DNA of 64,000 bases. Origin: Acidobacteriota bacterium. Lineage in GTDB: Bacteria > Acidobacteriota > UBA6911 > RPQK01 > JAJDTT01. Under the pieces are notes generated by a model. The model did no database searches. It was not told the DNA's origin and worked only from the letters and a program-made list of their open reading frames with translations. The DNA lies in contig OZ242374.1 in NCBI GenBank assembly GCA_965209055.1, forward strand, positions 2,080,001-2,144,000, written 5' to 3'. The position numbers and the translations under genes were made by a program. Within the stretch, counting starts at the first letter, position 1; each line of letters opens with the position of its first letter. Below are positions 9,537 to 20,045 of the stretch, one piece after another.

Positions 9537-9766
9537 TCCACAATTGCCCCGTCGGCTACGGCCTGCTCCATTTGCTCCACGGTAACGGCGGGCCCTTCAT
9601 GCCGGAGCACCCCATACAACCGGCCGATGGGCCGGACCGGCAGAATTCGCACTTTGCCCTCGGAAATGACGTAGCGCACCCGGTCCCCGGCCCGCAGGCC
9701 GAGCACCTCCCGCACGGGCTTGGGAAGTGTCGTCTGGCCCTTCTTGGTAATGGAAGATTCAATCAT
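9533..9766 (-). CDS. AbrB/MazE/SpoVT family antitoxin
   Basis: SSITKKGQTTLPKPVREVLGLRAGDRV. Confidence 0.9.
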   Translation of the reverse strand: MIESSITKKGQTTLPKPVREVLGLRAGDRVRYVISEGKVRILPVRPIGRLYGVLRHEGPAVTVEQMEQAVADGAIVE

Positions 9767-9901
9767 GGCAATATCCAATATTGACTTACAATATAGAGTA
9801 TTGCCTTACTAATATCAATAAAGTAAGGATACCGGTGGGGCTACGGCTGTAGAAGTTCCAGTTGTCTGGGACTGGGGAAAATCCTCGAGATGAAAAGACG
9901 C

Positions 9902-9931
9902 TTGACATAACAGACAAATGTCTGTTATTCT
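9902..9931 (+). promoter_or_regulatory. lexA promoter with overlapping palindromic operator (candidate SOS box)
   Basis: TTGACA (9902-9907) - 18 bp - TATTCT (9926-9931); perfect inverted repeat ATAACAGACA-AA-TGTCTGTTAT at 9907-9928. Confidence 0.8.
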
Positions 9932-9978
9932 CTCCGTTCCTGGTTTTTCCGGTCACTTGGCCGGTCAGGGAGGGAGAA

Positions 9979-10596
9979 ATGGCCTATACGCCGCCTGGGG
10001 AGACGCGAAAAAAGGTCTACGAGTTCGTGCGGGAGAGGATCCTGAACGGATCGCCGCCCACCGTCCGGGAGGTGCAGCGGGCCTTCGGGTTCCGGGCGGT
10101 CCAGTCGGCGAGGCAGCACCTGGAGGCGCTGGTGGCCGAGGGGAAGCTGGTCAAGGACTCGGGCAAGGCCCGGTCCCACCGCCTGCCGGAGTTGGGGCGG
10201 GTTCGCTCCTCCCACCTGATCCCCATGCTGGGCCGCGTCCAGGCGGGGGAGTTGACCACGGCCCTGCAGGACCCGGGCGATTATCTCCTGGTGCAGAAGA
10301 CCCGTTTCGACGACCGGGAGCTCTTCGCCCTGACCGTTCGGGGGGAGAGCATGCTCCAGGCCGGCATCCTGCCGGGAGACACCGTGATCGTCCGCCGGCA
10401 GCCGGCCGCCAGGCCGGGGGAGATCGTGGTGGCCCTGGTGGGGGAGGAGGCGACCGTCAAGCGGTACCGGGAAAAGAAGGGCCGGGTTGAGCTGCATCCC
10501 GAAAACGATGCCTTCGAGCCCATCGTCCCCCGGGAGGACGGAGAGCCGTTCTCGATCCTGGGCAAGGTCATCGAAGTCAGAAGGAACCTGGAGTAA
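9979..10596 (+). CDS. lexA: LexA repressor
   Basis: PPTVREV HTH, Ala-Gly cleavage site (GRVQAG), catalytic Ser (GESM) and Lys (ATVKR); RBS GGAGGG. Confidence 0.95.
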   Translation: MAYTPPGETRKKVYEFVRERILNGSPPTVREVQRAFGFRAVQSARQHLEALVAEGKLVKDSGKARSHRLPELGRVRSSHLIPMLGRVQAGELTTALQDPGDYLLVQKTRFDDRELFALTVRGESMLQAGILPGDTVIVRRQPAARPGEIVVALVGEEATVKRYREKKGRVELHPENDAFEPIVPREDGEPFSILGKVIEVRRNLE

Positions 10597-10606
10597 AGGA
10601 GGGAGC

Positions 10607-11242
10607 ATGTCAGCCTTGCAAGCCATCGATCTGCGGGGTCTCAGGACCCATCTCGATTGGGCGGCGGCGACGCCGCGGACGGAAACTCCGCTCTGGTCCC
10701 GGGAGCACTTGGCGGGCCGCCTCTGCGAGCTCTCCTCCAGGTCCGGAGCCGCGCTGCTGACGTCCGCCTTTCGCCTGGTGCTGGATGCACAGATGGAGGG
10801 CGAGCCGGTGGCCTGGGTCGCAGCCGGGCCGGACACCTTCTTCGCCCCGGATGCGGCCGGGAACGGCGTGGACCTGAACGCCCTGGTGGTGATTCGCGTC
10901 CCGGACGCCCAGTCCGCGGGACGCGCGGCGGACCGGCTCTTGCGGTCGGGAGCCTTCGGACTGATCGTGATGGATCTGAACTTCAATCCCACCATTTCGG
11001 TGCCGTTGCAGACGCGCCTGGTCCAGCAGGCGCGGACTCATGGTGCCGCCCTCCTCTGCCTGACCTCCAAGGCCCGGGGGGCGCCTTCGCTGGGGACCAT
11101 GGTCTCGCTGCGGGGGCAGACTTCCTGCCGGCGTCTGGAGGTCGACCGCTTCCAGTACCGGATCGAGATCTTGAAGGACAGGAGTCATGGACCGGGTTGG
11201 AGCCACACCGAGGTCTGCCGTGGACCGGAAGGCCTGCATTAA
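10607..11242 (+). CDS. imuA: ImuA/RecA-like accessory protein
   Basis: GRLCELS...VAWV...FFAPDAAGNGVDLNAL...LLRSGAFGLIVMD; position between lexA and imuB. Confidence 0.85.
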   Translation: MSALQAIDLRGLRTHLDWAAATPRTETPLWSREHLAGRLCELSSRSGAALLTSAFRLVLDAQMEGEPVAWVAAGPDTFFAPDAAGNGVDLNALVVIRVPDAQSAGRAADRLLRSGAFGLIVMDLNFNPTISVPLQTRLVQQARTHGAALLCLTSKARGAPSLGTMVSLRGQTSCRRLEVDRFQYRIEILKDRSHGPGWSHTEVCRGPEGLH

Positions 11243-12689
11243 CATCCGGGCCCTGCCGCTGCAGCTCCTGATGAGGAGGCATCCGGAGTGGAGGCAGAGG
11301 CCGGTGGCGGTGGTGGAGCAGGAGAAACCCCAGAGCCCCATCCTCTGGGTCAACTCCGCGGCTGCGGGGTCCGGCATTCGGCCGGGGATGCGCTATGCCT
11401 CCGGCCTCTCCCTGGATCGGAACCTGTGTGCGGGCACGGTGTCCGGGAAGGAGATCGAGTCTGCGGTCCGGCAGGTGCACGAACTGCTGGCCGATTTCAG
11501 TCCCGGGGTCGAGCCCTCCCAAGACGAGCCCGGGGTCTTCTGGATCGATGCCAGCGGACTCGACAAGCTTTACGGCTCTTTCGAGAACTGGACCCGGCAG
11601 ATGGCCGTCCGCCTCTCCCGGGAGGAGTTGCCGGCGAGCATCGTGGTGGGCTTCAGCCGTTTCGGCAGCTATGCCATCGCCAAGGCGGAGAACCGGGTGA
11701 CGGTGCTCCCCTCCTTCGAGATGGAGGAGGTCTGCAGCCGCAAGGTGCGCCTGCAGCATCTGGGGATCAATCCGAGCTTGCGCGACCGGTTGGAGAAGCT
11801 GGGGATTCACACCGTCGGAGACTTTCTGGATCTTCCCCAAGGCGGCATCGTCCGGCATCTGGGCCAGGAGGCCTGGGCACTGTACCGTCTGGCGGCGGGC
11901 GAGCTTTCGTTGCCGCTCCAGCCCCGAATGATCCCCGAGCCTCTCCGTGTCCGGACGGAACTGGAGGAGCCTGAATCCAACGCGGCAAGACTCCTTTTCC
12001 GGATCAAGCAGTTGCTGGACCCCTTGCTGATGGCGGCGTCGGACAGGAACCAAAAGGTGTCCGTCCTCCGGTTGCAGCTTCTGCTGGAGGATGGAGACCG
12101 CCGCCTCGAGCAGATCCAGCCGGCCCGGCCCACCTTGAAGGTTTCGGTCCTGCTGGATCTGGTCCGTTTGCGCCTGGAGAGCCTCTCCCTGCCGGTTCCT
12201 CCGGTGGAGCTCTCCCTGGAAGTGGAGGGGGTGTCCGCCTCTCCCCAGGTGCTGAGCCTCCTGCAACGGAATCCGCGCCGGAACCTGGAGGCGGCCCTGC
12301 GCGCCCTGGCCCGGGTCCGGGCCGAGTTCGGCCCCGATTCGGTGCTCTCGGCCCGGCTCAAATCGGGGCATCTGCCGGAAGCCCGTTCCGAGTGGCGGCC
12401 CTTGGAGAAGCTCAAGGCGGCCAATCCCCGTTCGGTCTCCCTGCGCCCCCTGGTGCGGCGCGCCCACGCCCGCCCCCGGCCCCTGAAACGGTCTCTCTTG
12501 GAGTCGGCGGGCCGGTGGAAGCGATCCCCGGGACTGGGACGTCTACTGGGCTATCTCATCAACGGAGGGTGGTGGAGCCGGGAAGTCCGGCGGGACTACC
12601 GGTTCGTCGACACCGGCCGGGGCGAGATCCTCTGGGTCTACTACGACCAGAAGCGGCGGCGCTGGTACTCGCAGGGCCGAGTCGAGTGA
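11187..12689 (+). CDS. imuB: ImuB, Y-family polymerase-like accessory protein
   Basis: [31 protein letters not shown] and C-terminal GWW...RDY...LWVYYD. Confidence 0.9.
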   Translation: MDRVGATPRSAVDRKACINIRALPLQLLMRRHPEWRQRPVAVVEQEKPQSPILWVNSAAAGSGIRPGMRYASGLSLDRNLCAGTVSGKEIESAVRQVHELLADFSPGVEPSQDEPGVFWIDASGLDKLYGSFENWTRQMAVRLSREELPASIVVGFSRFGSYAIAKAENRVTVLPSFEMEEVCSRKVRLQHLGINPSLRDRLEKLGIHTVGDFLDLPQGGIVRHLGQEAWALYRLAAGELSLPLQPRMIPEPLRVRTELEEPESNAARLLFRIKQLLDPLLMAASDRNQKVSVLRLQLLLEDGDRRLEQIQPARPTLKVSVLLDLVRLRLESLSLPVPPVELSLEVEGVSASPQVLSLLQRNPRRNLEAALRALARVRAEFGPDSVLSARLKSGHLPEARSEWRPLEKLKAANPRSVSLRPLVRRAHARPRPLKRSLLESAGRWKRSPGLGRLLGYLINGGWWSREVRRDYRFVDTGRGEILWVYYDQKRRRWYSQGRVE

Positions 12690-12693
12690 GGAC

Positions 12694-12820
12694 GGGCGGT
12701 TGGAAGGGCGATTGGAAGGGCGATTTCCAATCGCCCCCTCTTCAACGCCAAATTGTCACGTCGGAGTCCGGCGGCTGGAAACCGCCGTTCCAATCCGGCG
12801 GTTGGAAACCGCCGCCCCTC
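12694..12820. repeat. REP-like palindrome cluster at the imuB/dnaE2 junction
   Basis: GGGCGATTTCCAATCGCCC and two tandem GGCGG(C/T)TGGAAACCGCCG copies; reverse complement of the 60765-60790 copy. Confidence 0.8.
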
Positions 12821-15800
12821 AGCCCTACGTCCCCCTCTGGTGCAAGAGCAACTACTCCTTCCTGGAGGGGGCCAGCCACCCCGAGGAACTGGTGGAGGCC
12901 TGCCGGGAGCAGGGGCTTTCCGCCCTGGCCCTCACCGACCGCAACGGGGTGTACGGGATCGTCCGCGCCCACGTCCGCGCCCGCCGCCTGGGCGTCCACC
13001 TGATCGTGGGCTCCCAGGTCGACCTCCGGGACGGATCGGAGCTTCTGCTGCTGGTCCAGGACCAGGAGGGCTACCGCAATCTCTGCCGCCTGTTGACCGG
13101 CGGGCACCTCCGTTCCTCCAAGGGGGAGTGCCGGCTGGATTGGCGGGAGGTCTGCCGGCACAGCCCCGGCCTGATCGCCCTCTGGGGGATTCCGCCGCCA
13201 GACTTCGGATCCTGCGCCCGGACCGAACCGGAACCTGTCCTGGAGCGGCTCCAAGCCGCTTTTCAGGATCGCCTCCACGTCTTGATTCCCAGGCACCGCC
13301 GGGCGGAGGAGGTGATGCGGGAGGCCAGGCTCCGGGAGTTGGCGGACCGCTTCGGGCTGCCCACGGTGGCCGCCGTGGAGGTGCTCTACCACTGTCCCGG
13401 CCGCCGCCGCCTGCAGGACGTCCTGACCTGCATCCGGGAAGGAGTGACCCTGCCCGCGGCCGGCCGCCTCATCCGGCCCAATGATCAGCACGCCCTGAAG
13501 AGTCCGGACGATCTGGCCCGCCTCTTTGCCGACGATCCCGAGTCGGTCAAGCGGACCCGTGAAGTGGCCGCCCGCTGTTCCTTCTCGCTCCAGGAACTGC
13601 GTTACCGCTATCCGCTGGAACGCCTGCCGGAAGGAATGGACTCCAGCCGGTACCTGCGCCGGCGGACCTTCGAAGGAGCCGAGCGCCGCCTGGGAGGGAA
13701 GTTCCGCAGCCAGGTCCCGCAGTTGCAGAAGGAACTGGACCTGATCCGGGAGCTGGAGTACGAGGGCTATTTCCTGACCATGCACGAGATCGTCGAGTAC
13801 TGCCGCCGCCACGGCATCCTCTGCCAGGGCCGGGGGTCGGCCGCCAACTCCACCGTCTGCTTCGCCCTGGGAATCACCAGCGTGGACCCGACCCAGGTGG
13901 ACCTCCTCTTCGAGCGTTTTCTGTCCCGGGAGCGGGCCGAGCCGCCCGACATCGACCTGGACATCGAGCACAACCGCCGGGAAGAGGTGATCCAGCACGT
14001 GTACCGGAAGTACGGGCGCGACCGCGCCGCCATGGTGTCCAACGTGGTCCGTTACCGCTACCGGTCCGCCATCCGGGAAGTGGGAAAGGTGCTGGGAGTC
14101 TCGGCCACCAGCCTGGACCGTCTGGCCAAGCTGGTTTCCCACGAGCGCTGGGGTGAAGAACTGGTGGGACAGGCAGGACTCGACTCCCGGAGCCCGGCCC
14201 TGGGCCACCTGGTGAATCTGGTGCAGGAGATCCAGGATTTTCCCCGCCATCTCTCCATCCATCCCGGCGGCTTCCTGCTGGGCCACCGGCCCGTTCACGA
14301 CCTGGTGCCCATCGAGAACGCCTCCATGGAGGGCCGGACCGTCATCCAGTGGGACAAGGAGGACGTGGAACAGGCGGGCCTGTTCAAGGTGGACCTGCTG
14401 GGGCTGGGCGCCCTCACCCATCTGCACCTCTGCTTCGATCTCCTGCGCCGGCACCGCCGCCGGAGTCTCTCCCTGGCCACCCTCCCCAGGGAGGATTCAG
14501 CCACCTTCGACATGGTCTGCCGCGCCGATACGGTGGGGGTGTTCCAGATCGAGAGCCGGGCCCAGATGGCCATGCTGGGCCGCCTCAAGCCGCGCAACTA
14601 CTACGACCTGGTGATCGAGATCAGCATCGTCCGTCCCGGACCCATCACGGGAGGCATGGTGCATCCCTACCTGCGGCGGCGCAAAGGGGAGGAAGCGGTC
14701 GAATATCCCCATCCCTGTCTCATCCCCGTCCTGAAGAAGACCCTGGGGATTCCCCTGTTCCAGGAGCAGGTGATGTAACTGGCCATGGTGGCCGCCGACT
14801 ACACGCCGGGCGAGGCCGACCAGTTGCGGCGGGACATGGCGGCCTGGCGGCGTTCGGGACGGATCGAGCGGCACCATGAAAAGCTGGTGTCCCGCATGGT
14901 AAGGAAGGGAATCCGGAAGGAGTTCGCCGAGCGCGTCTTTCAGCAGATCCGTGGATTCGGCGACTACGGTTTCCCCGAGAGCCATGCCGCCAGCTTTGCC
15001 CATATCGCCTACGCCACCGCCTATCTCAAGTGCCACTATCCGGCGGAGTTCGCCTGCGCCCTGCTGAACGCCCAGCCCATGGGGTTCTACTCTCCCTCCA
15101 CCATCGTCAACGACGCCCGGATTCATGGGATCGGGATTCACCCCGTCAGCATTCTCGAAAGTGGCTGGGACTGCAGCCTGGTCCCGGCTCCGGCCGGTCC
15201 CGGACAGCCCGCCAAGTTCGCGGTCCGCATGGGGTTGCGCTACGTCAAGGGGATGGGAGAGGGGGACTGGGACGGATTGGACGAAGCCGCCCGGCAATCC
15301 CCCTTCAGCGATCTCCCGGACGTCGTCCGGAGGAGCGGACTCCGCCAGGACAAGCTGGAGACCCTGGCCGAGGCCGGCGCCTTCGAGTGCTTCGGCCTGG
15401 ACCGCCGGAGCGCGCTCTGGCAGATCCAGGGCCTCGCCGGCCGGCGGCCACCCCCATTGCCGTTGAGCAACCGCGCTCCATCTCCCTCCTTCCCGCCTCT
15501 AAACCAGTTGGAGAGCATCGTCTGGGACCATCGGGTCACCAGCCACAGCTCCCAGGCCCACCTCCTGAAACCGCTGCGGCCCGTTCTGACCGCCTGGGGA
15601 CTGCCCACCGCCCGCCAACTCAACCGGATGCCGGACGGCCGCCGCGTCCGCTACGCGGGCATGGTCATCTGCCGCCAGCGCCCGGGGACCGCACGGGGCG
15701 TCACCTTCATGACCCTGGAGGACGAGACGGGGTTCGTGAACCTGGTCATCTGGCAACAGACCTTCCAGCGCTATTCCGTCCTGGCCAAAACCCTCTCCTG

Positions 15801-15921
15801 CATGGGGGTCACCGGCAACCTTCAGGTGGCGGAGAGAGTCACCCACCTGGTGGTCGACAAGATCTGGAGACCCAAGCTGGACAAAACCTCAATCCGCCTC
15901 AAAAGCCGAGACTTCCAATAG
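12700..15921 (+). pseudogene. dnaE2: Error-prone DNA polymerase DnaE2 (ImuC) interrupted by an in-frame TAA at 14776-14778
   Basis: [50 protein letters not shown] and RQRPGTARGVTFMTLEDETG; the two ORFs are in the same frame. Confidence 0.88.
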
Positions 15922-15933
15922 GAGCGGGGACTG

Positions 15934-15967
15934 TTAGTCCGGTGCTCTGTCCAACTGAGATACGGGG
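15934..15967 (-). pseudogene. Vestigial tRNA 5' half abutting the left att core
   Basis: Minus strand CCCCGTATCTCAGTTGGACAGAGCACCGGACT matches a tRNA D-arm plus 5' anticodon stem, with one D-stem change. Confidence 0.6.
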
Positions 15968-16007
15968 TTGATCCTGTCTTTTCAATAGGTTATCCCGATG
16001 CTCCCCT

Positions 16008-17096
16008 CTAATCATTCCTCCTATTTCCTGCCCGTTGCCTGTTTGCTGCCGGTCCCATTTGTGAGTCTTCGGTAGCCTGTGCCTCCCGAATGCTGGCGAG
16101 TGCATGAGAACTGACGTAACCCGCGTAGCGCATGGTCGTGCTGATCGACGAGTGTCCCATCAGCTTCTGCACCGTCCTCACGTCCACACCCTGCATCAGC
16201 CAATGGCTGCACCGGAATCGTCTCAGGTCATGAAATCCGACCTTCAACCCCACCCGCTCGGCGGCCCGGCGCAATGGCTTGTCCGGATTCACCCATTTCG
16301 TCCCCGTCCGGCTGTTGACGAAGACGTAAGGGATGTTCAGGTAGCGAACCAGCCCGGCCAGATATCCAGCAGCGTACTTCGAGAGCGGAATCTCCCTCGG
16401 CTCGTCGTTCTTGGTGAACTCCACCCATAGCAGCCTCCGGGATAGGTCCACCCGTTTCCAGGTGAGCGACAACGCTTCGCCTTTCCGTATCCCCGTCTCG
16501 CCGATCACCGCAACCATGGCTTGCAGGTAAGGGTTGTCCACCGCCGCGACCAGGTCGCGGAACTGTTGAACCGTCAAGGGCCGGAAGACCTTCTTGGGCT
16601 CCTTCAGTTTGGGGAACCTCACAAGCGGGTGCGTGTCGATTTCCCCGCACTCCAGCGCGTAGGAAAACAGCTTGCTGAGGGCGGCAATGTCGCGGTTCAC
16701 CGTGGCCAGCTGGACCTGCCCCTTACGTTTCGCGACGTAGCGGTGGAGGTCCTTGCGCTGGAACTCCTTCAGGGGAATGTTCCCCAGCATGGCGTTGAGG
16801 CTCTTGAACGAGAGCCTGTACCGGCGCAAAGAGCGCAGACGAGGTTTGCAGTACTCCTCGAAGAAACGCTCGTAGAAGCTCCGGACCGTCCAGACGGTGC
16901 GGTTCCCACCGGCGAGCTCCCGCTTGAGCTGCTTCCAGGTGCCGTCCAGGATGCTGGACTCGATTCGTGTTTGAAGCGCCTGTGCGCTCCGGTAGTTGGG
17001 GGCGTACATTCGGAGCCGACCGGATCCATTCGGCCAGTACTTGCTGACGACGAAACGTCGTCTCCCCCGGCGATCCTTCACCTTGTAGATGCCCAT
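16008..17096 (-). CDS. Tyrosine recombinase/integrase
   Basis: ATVNRDIAAL, TGIRKGE (R), FHDLRR (HxxR) and MGHSSISTTMRY (H, Y); RBS AAAGGAGGAG before ATG 17096. Confidence 0.95.
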   Translation of the reverse strand: MGIYKVKDRRGRRRFVVSKYWPNGSGRLRMYAPNYRSAQALQTRIESSILDGTWKQLKRELAGGNRTVWTVRSFYERFFEEYCKPRLRSLRRYRLSFKSLNAMLGNIPLKEFQRKDLHRYVAKRKGQVQLATVNRDIAALSKLFSYALECGEIDTHPLVRFPKLKEPKKVFRPLTVQQFRDLVAAVDNPYLQAMVAVIGETGIRKGEALSLTWKRVDLSRRLLWVEFTKNDEPREIPLSKYAAGYLAGLVRYLNIPYVFVNSRTGTKWVNPDKPLRRAAERVGLKVGFHDLRRFRCSHWLMQGVDVRTVQKLMGHSSISTTMRYAGYVSSHALASIREAQATEDSQMGPAANRQRAGNRRND

Positions 17097-17738
17097 GCAT
17101 CTCCTCCTTTCTGGATCCGGGTTCTTCACCGTGGGGCAAATCGTACCACGGCTCCAGAGAGAACCGGTGAATCTCTCTTCTTTCCCGCAGGAAGTCAGTA
17201 AATTCAGTTCACGGATTCCACCGCCATCTATCCCGCCATCCAGACAGAGGCCGGGGCCGCCAGGACCACCAGGGGCGCGTCTTCCGACTCCGGAGCCGGG
17301 CTGATCTCGCCACCGGGGGGCCATCTTCCAGGGCCGAGCGAGTATCCCGGAAGCGCCTCCGAGTCGCCCAAGTCCACCAAGGCGACAGAGCCGGGCCACT
17401 GGGAGGCGGACCTTCACCCTGACGGATCGGTTCGGCTGGCTCATCGGCGCGCTTCTCCTCCGGGCCTGGGGTTCCAGGGGGACGGTCGAGACCCCCTGGC
17501 TGGCCTCTGCCGGCGACACGCGTCCGCGTGGCCCCGAAGAGTAAGCCTCATTGATACGACAGACGCTCCATATTCGGTCCGGATTCCGTCTTGTTCCCCG
17601 AATTGGGGAAACCTTACTGAGAAGCTGGTCCTCTTTGCCGATGAGCGAGTCGAAGCTCGGCCTGGCCCACGACAAGACAGTCACGGGTCAAGGAGCTACG
17701 GACCACCTTGGTTACATGGAAGATGGTATATTTTCTCA

Positions 17739-18677
17739 ATGTTGAGCAAGGGCAGAGGCTCGCTTGTCGCGCAACTCCAAAGGGAAGTCCTCGACTCCAG
17801 CGTTCCCATTTCAGACATCCTGCGGAAGGCGAAGGTCCTCGCCACCCTGTTGAAAAGCGAGGAGTTCAAGCGTTGGGTTGACGCCGAGCTTAAGGGCTAC
17901 GCTAGCGCTGACGACCTCCCAGACTACCGCAAGTTCCGCCCCGTCAACCTCGGGACATTCGCCGGCTTCAATAAGGTGTTCAGAAACGTCCCGGTTCCCG
18001 TTGCCCTCCTCCCGGACGACATCCGCGAGTTCGCCACGAGAATGGAGATCCGGTACGGGGTCGGAGAAATTGAGGCTTCAGCAATTCAGGCAGAAAACGA
18101 TACGCTCCGGCTCCAGTGGCCTGCTGAGGCGGTAATGCTAGCCCGAGAGCACGTTCCGATGTCGGATGGAAGCGTGCTCGTCGAGGCGTGGCAGCCATTC
18201 TCCCAAAGCGAGTTTGTCGGCATCCTCAACCAGATCCGCAACCACCTTCTCGACTTCCTCCTGGAACTGCAACAGATTAATCCCGATGTGCTGGAATCGG
18301 AGGACGCACTCCGCGCCGTTTCCGGTGAGAAGGTACAGAGCGTCATTCAAACCATCGTCTATGGCAATGAGAATACCGTTGCGACGGGAACGGAGTTCAC
18401 CCAAACCGTCACGCGGAAAGTGGTTTCCGGAGACACGCAATCCCTCATTGACCACCTGCGCAGCGTCGGCCTTGATAGAGACTCGCTTGTTGAGCTTGAA
18501 ACCGCTATTGAGCAAGACGGTGACCGGCAACAGAAACCACTCGGCAAGAATGTGAAGTCCTGGATAGGGAAGATGGTTGTCAAGGCGATGGATGGAACCT
18601 GGAAGGTCGCCATGGCTACAGCCCCAGACCTTCTGAAAGCGGCACTGTCCCAATTTTACGGGGGGATTGAACTCTAA
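17739..18677 (+). CDS. AbiTii-domain protein (putative abortive infection)
   Basis: N-terminal LQREVLDSSVPISDILRKAKVLA...WVDAELKGY...LPDYR. Confidence 0.75.
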   Translation: MLSKGRGSLVAQLQREVLDSSVPISDILRKAKVLATLLKSEEFKRWVDAELKGYASADDLPDYRKFRPVNLGTFAGFNKVFRNVPVPVALLPDDIREFATRMEIRYGVGEIEASAIQAENDTLRLQWPAEAVMLAREHVPMSDGSVLVEAWQPFSQSEFVGILNQIRNHLLDFLLELQQINPDVLESEDALRAVSGEKVQSVIQTIVYGNENTVATGTEFTQTVTRKVVSGDTQSLIDHLRSVGLDRDSLVELETAIEQDGDRQQKPLGKNVKSWIGKMVVKAMDGTWKVAMATAPDLLKAALSQFYGGIEL

Positions 18678-19278
18678 CAGGGGACACTCCGCCATTTCCT
18701 TCGGGTAGACACAACGCTCTCCCCCAGTTCCCATGATGAACTTTGGATTGCCCACGTGGGGGGAGAACACTCCCAGGTGTCCCGACCATTCGAGCCCGTG
18801 AGCGACCCAGGAATCGACGATCGGTCTGAGGTCGCGTCCTGCCCGACGGGACCAACCCCCTATGGGAGTACCGCTTCTCCGCCCCCCTGACCCCCTCAGA
18901 GCGCCTATGTTGGCCTGACAGATATAGGCTCTTTGACGTCGTCCAGGCTCCGCTAGCGTCTCGCAGTGGAAAGAAACCTCTCTGCACGAGTACAGCCCGT
19001 TCTGTGGCCCAGGAACTCTGGGACTTGGCCGGGAAGTTCCACTTGGTCAATTTGGACGTCCACGAGGCCCTACGCGCCTACTTGAGAGGGAAATCGCGCC
19101 CCGATTTGCCGCGCAGGACTGGACGAGTCTCTTCACTCGCGCAGCGTCTTGGAACCGCTCCGGATCTGGCGGACGCCATCCTAGTCCCTGACTCGGTCAA
19201 GGGATAGACGTTAGAATGTGGCGTTGCGGTCAAGATTATGAATCCGATGGCGATCATGGAAAGGAAGCCCAAGAAGAA

Positions 19279-19611
19279 ATGGAAATTCAATCACCAAGGA
19301 TAGACTTCAGCGAGTTGTTCAAGATCAGCTTCGAGCGTGACAATCATCGTTGCGTTTACTGCTGCCGTGACATGCTAACCGACTTCGATACATTCATGAC
19401 AGCTCGAACCACCCGGCTTATTCCTCCTGCTCAAGGAGGCGGAAGCGACCCCGATAATTTCGTGATCTCCTGCACCCCTTGCCATATTTTGAAGGGGCAA
19501 TTTCTTCCAGAAGGAGAGACACGCACGAAACGCATCGTTTCGGCTCGAAAACACATCATGGAACGCCGAGCTGAGCGAATGGAAGAATTCGCGCTGTGGA
19601 CTCACCCTTGA
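19279..19611 (+). CDS. HNH endonuclease-like protein, active site apparently degenerate
   Basis: RDNHRCVYC...LIPPAQGG...DNFVISCTPC; TTR replaces the usual DH. Confidence 0.7.
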   Translation: MEIQSPRIDFSELFKISFERDNHRCVYCCRDMLTDFDTFMTARTTRLIPPAQGGGSDPDNFVISCTPCHILKGQFLPEGETRTKRIVSARKHIMERRAERMEEFALWTHP

Positions 19612-20045
19612 AGGCCGACCTCGGCGCACCGGAGGATGGCCGGGAAGGGTGCTTAGGGATCGTTTTTTGCCAGTGTGTCAGGGGTTTTCGGGGTCCGGTC
19701 GGAAGCGCCACCGGAAAGAACTCGACGATTCCATTTATCGTGCACTGAACCCCCACCCGCTGTATTCGGTCATCAATCTCCAGGTCCGGTCCCGGAGGAC
19801 CGACCCGTCGCAAGATCCAATCACCGAAACCCTCACTTCGCCGTCGAGGGATCGGTCCCACTCCTCGAAGACCTGTCTCGACAAATTTCTGAAGTGAGAT
19901 CTGCGGCCGTGATCACCAAGCTGACCGCCAGATGCGTCCTGTGGTTTCAAGCGGGGAGGAATGACGACATACTCCCGCCGCCACGAAAAACCGAGTCACC
20001 TGAAGGCTGTAGAATCCGATAACGGCCGTCCGGAAGGAATAGAAC

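Noticed and set aside
12694-12820. CRISPR-like short repeats
   Set aside because: Only 2-3 palindromic units with no regular unique spacers and no cas genes; they fit REP-like repeats.
14776-14778. Recoded stop (Sec/Pyl) or split intein in dnaE2
   Set aside because: The codon is TAA, other genes in the window end in TAA normally, and there is no intein sequence.
15927-15940. att core as part of a real tRNA-Asn (GGACTGTTA resembles an Asn anticodon arm)
   Set aside because: The + strand flanks cannot form D or T arms; kept only as support for anticodon-arm mimicry.
17097-17684. Long N-terminal extension of the integrase ORF (558 aa)
   Set aside because: A strong RBS precedes ATG 17096 and the extension is low-complexity, so it is probably non-coding or decayed DNA.
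18830-19207. Terminase C-terminal-like RLGTAPDLADA segment
   Set aside because: Only a short motif; no ATPase or nuclease context is recognisable.
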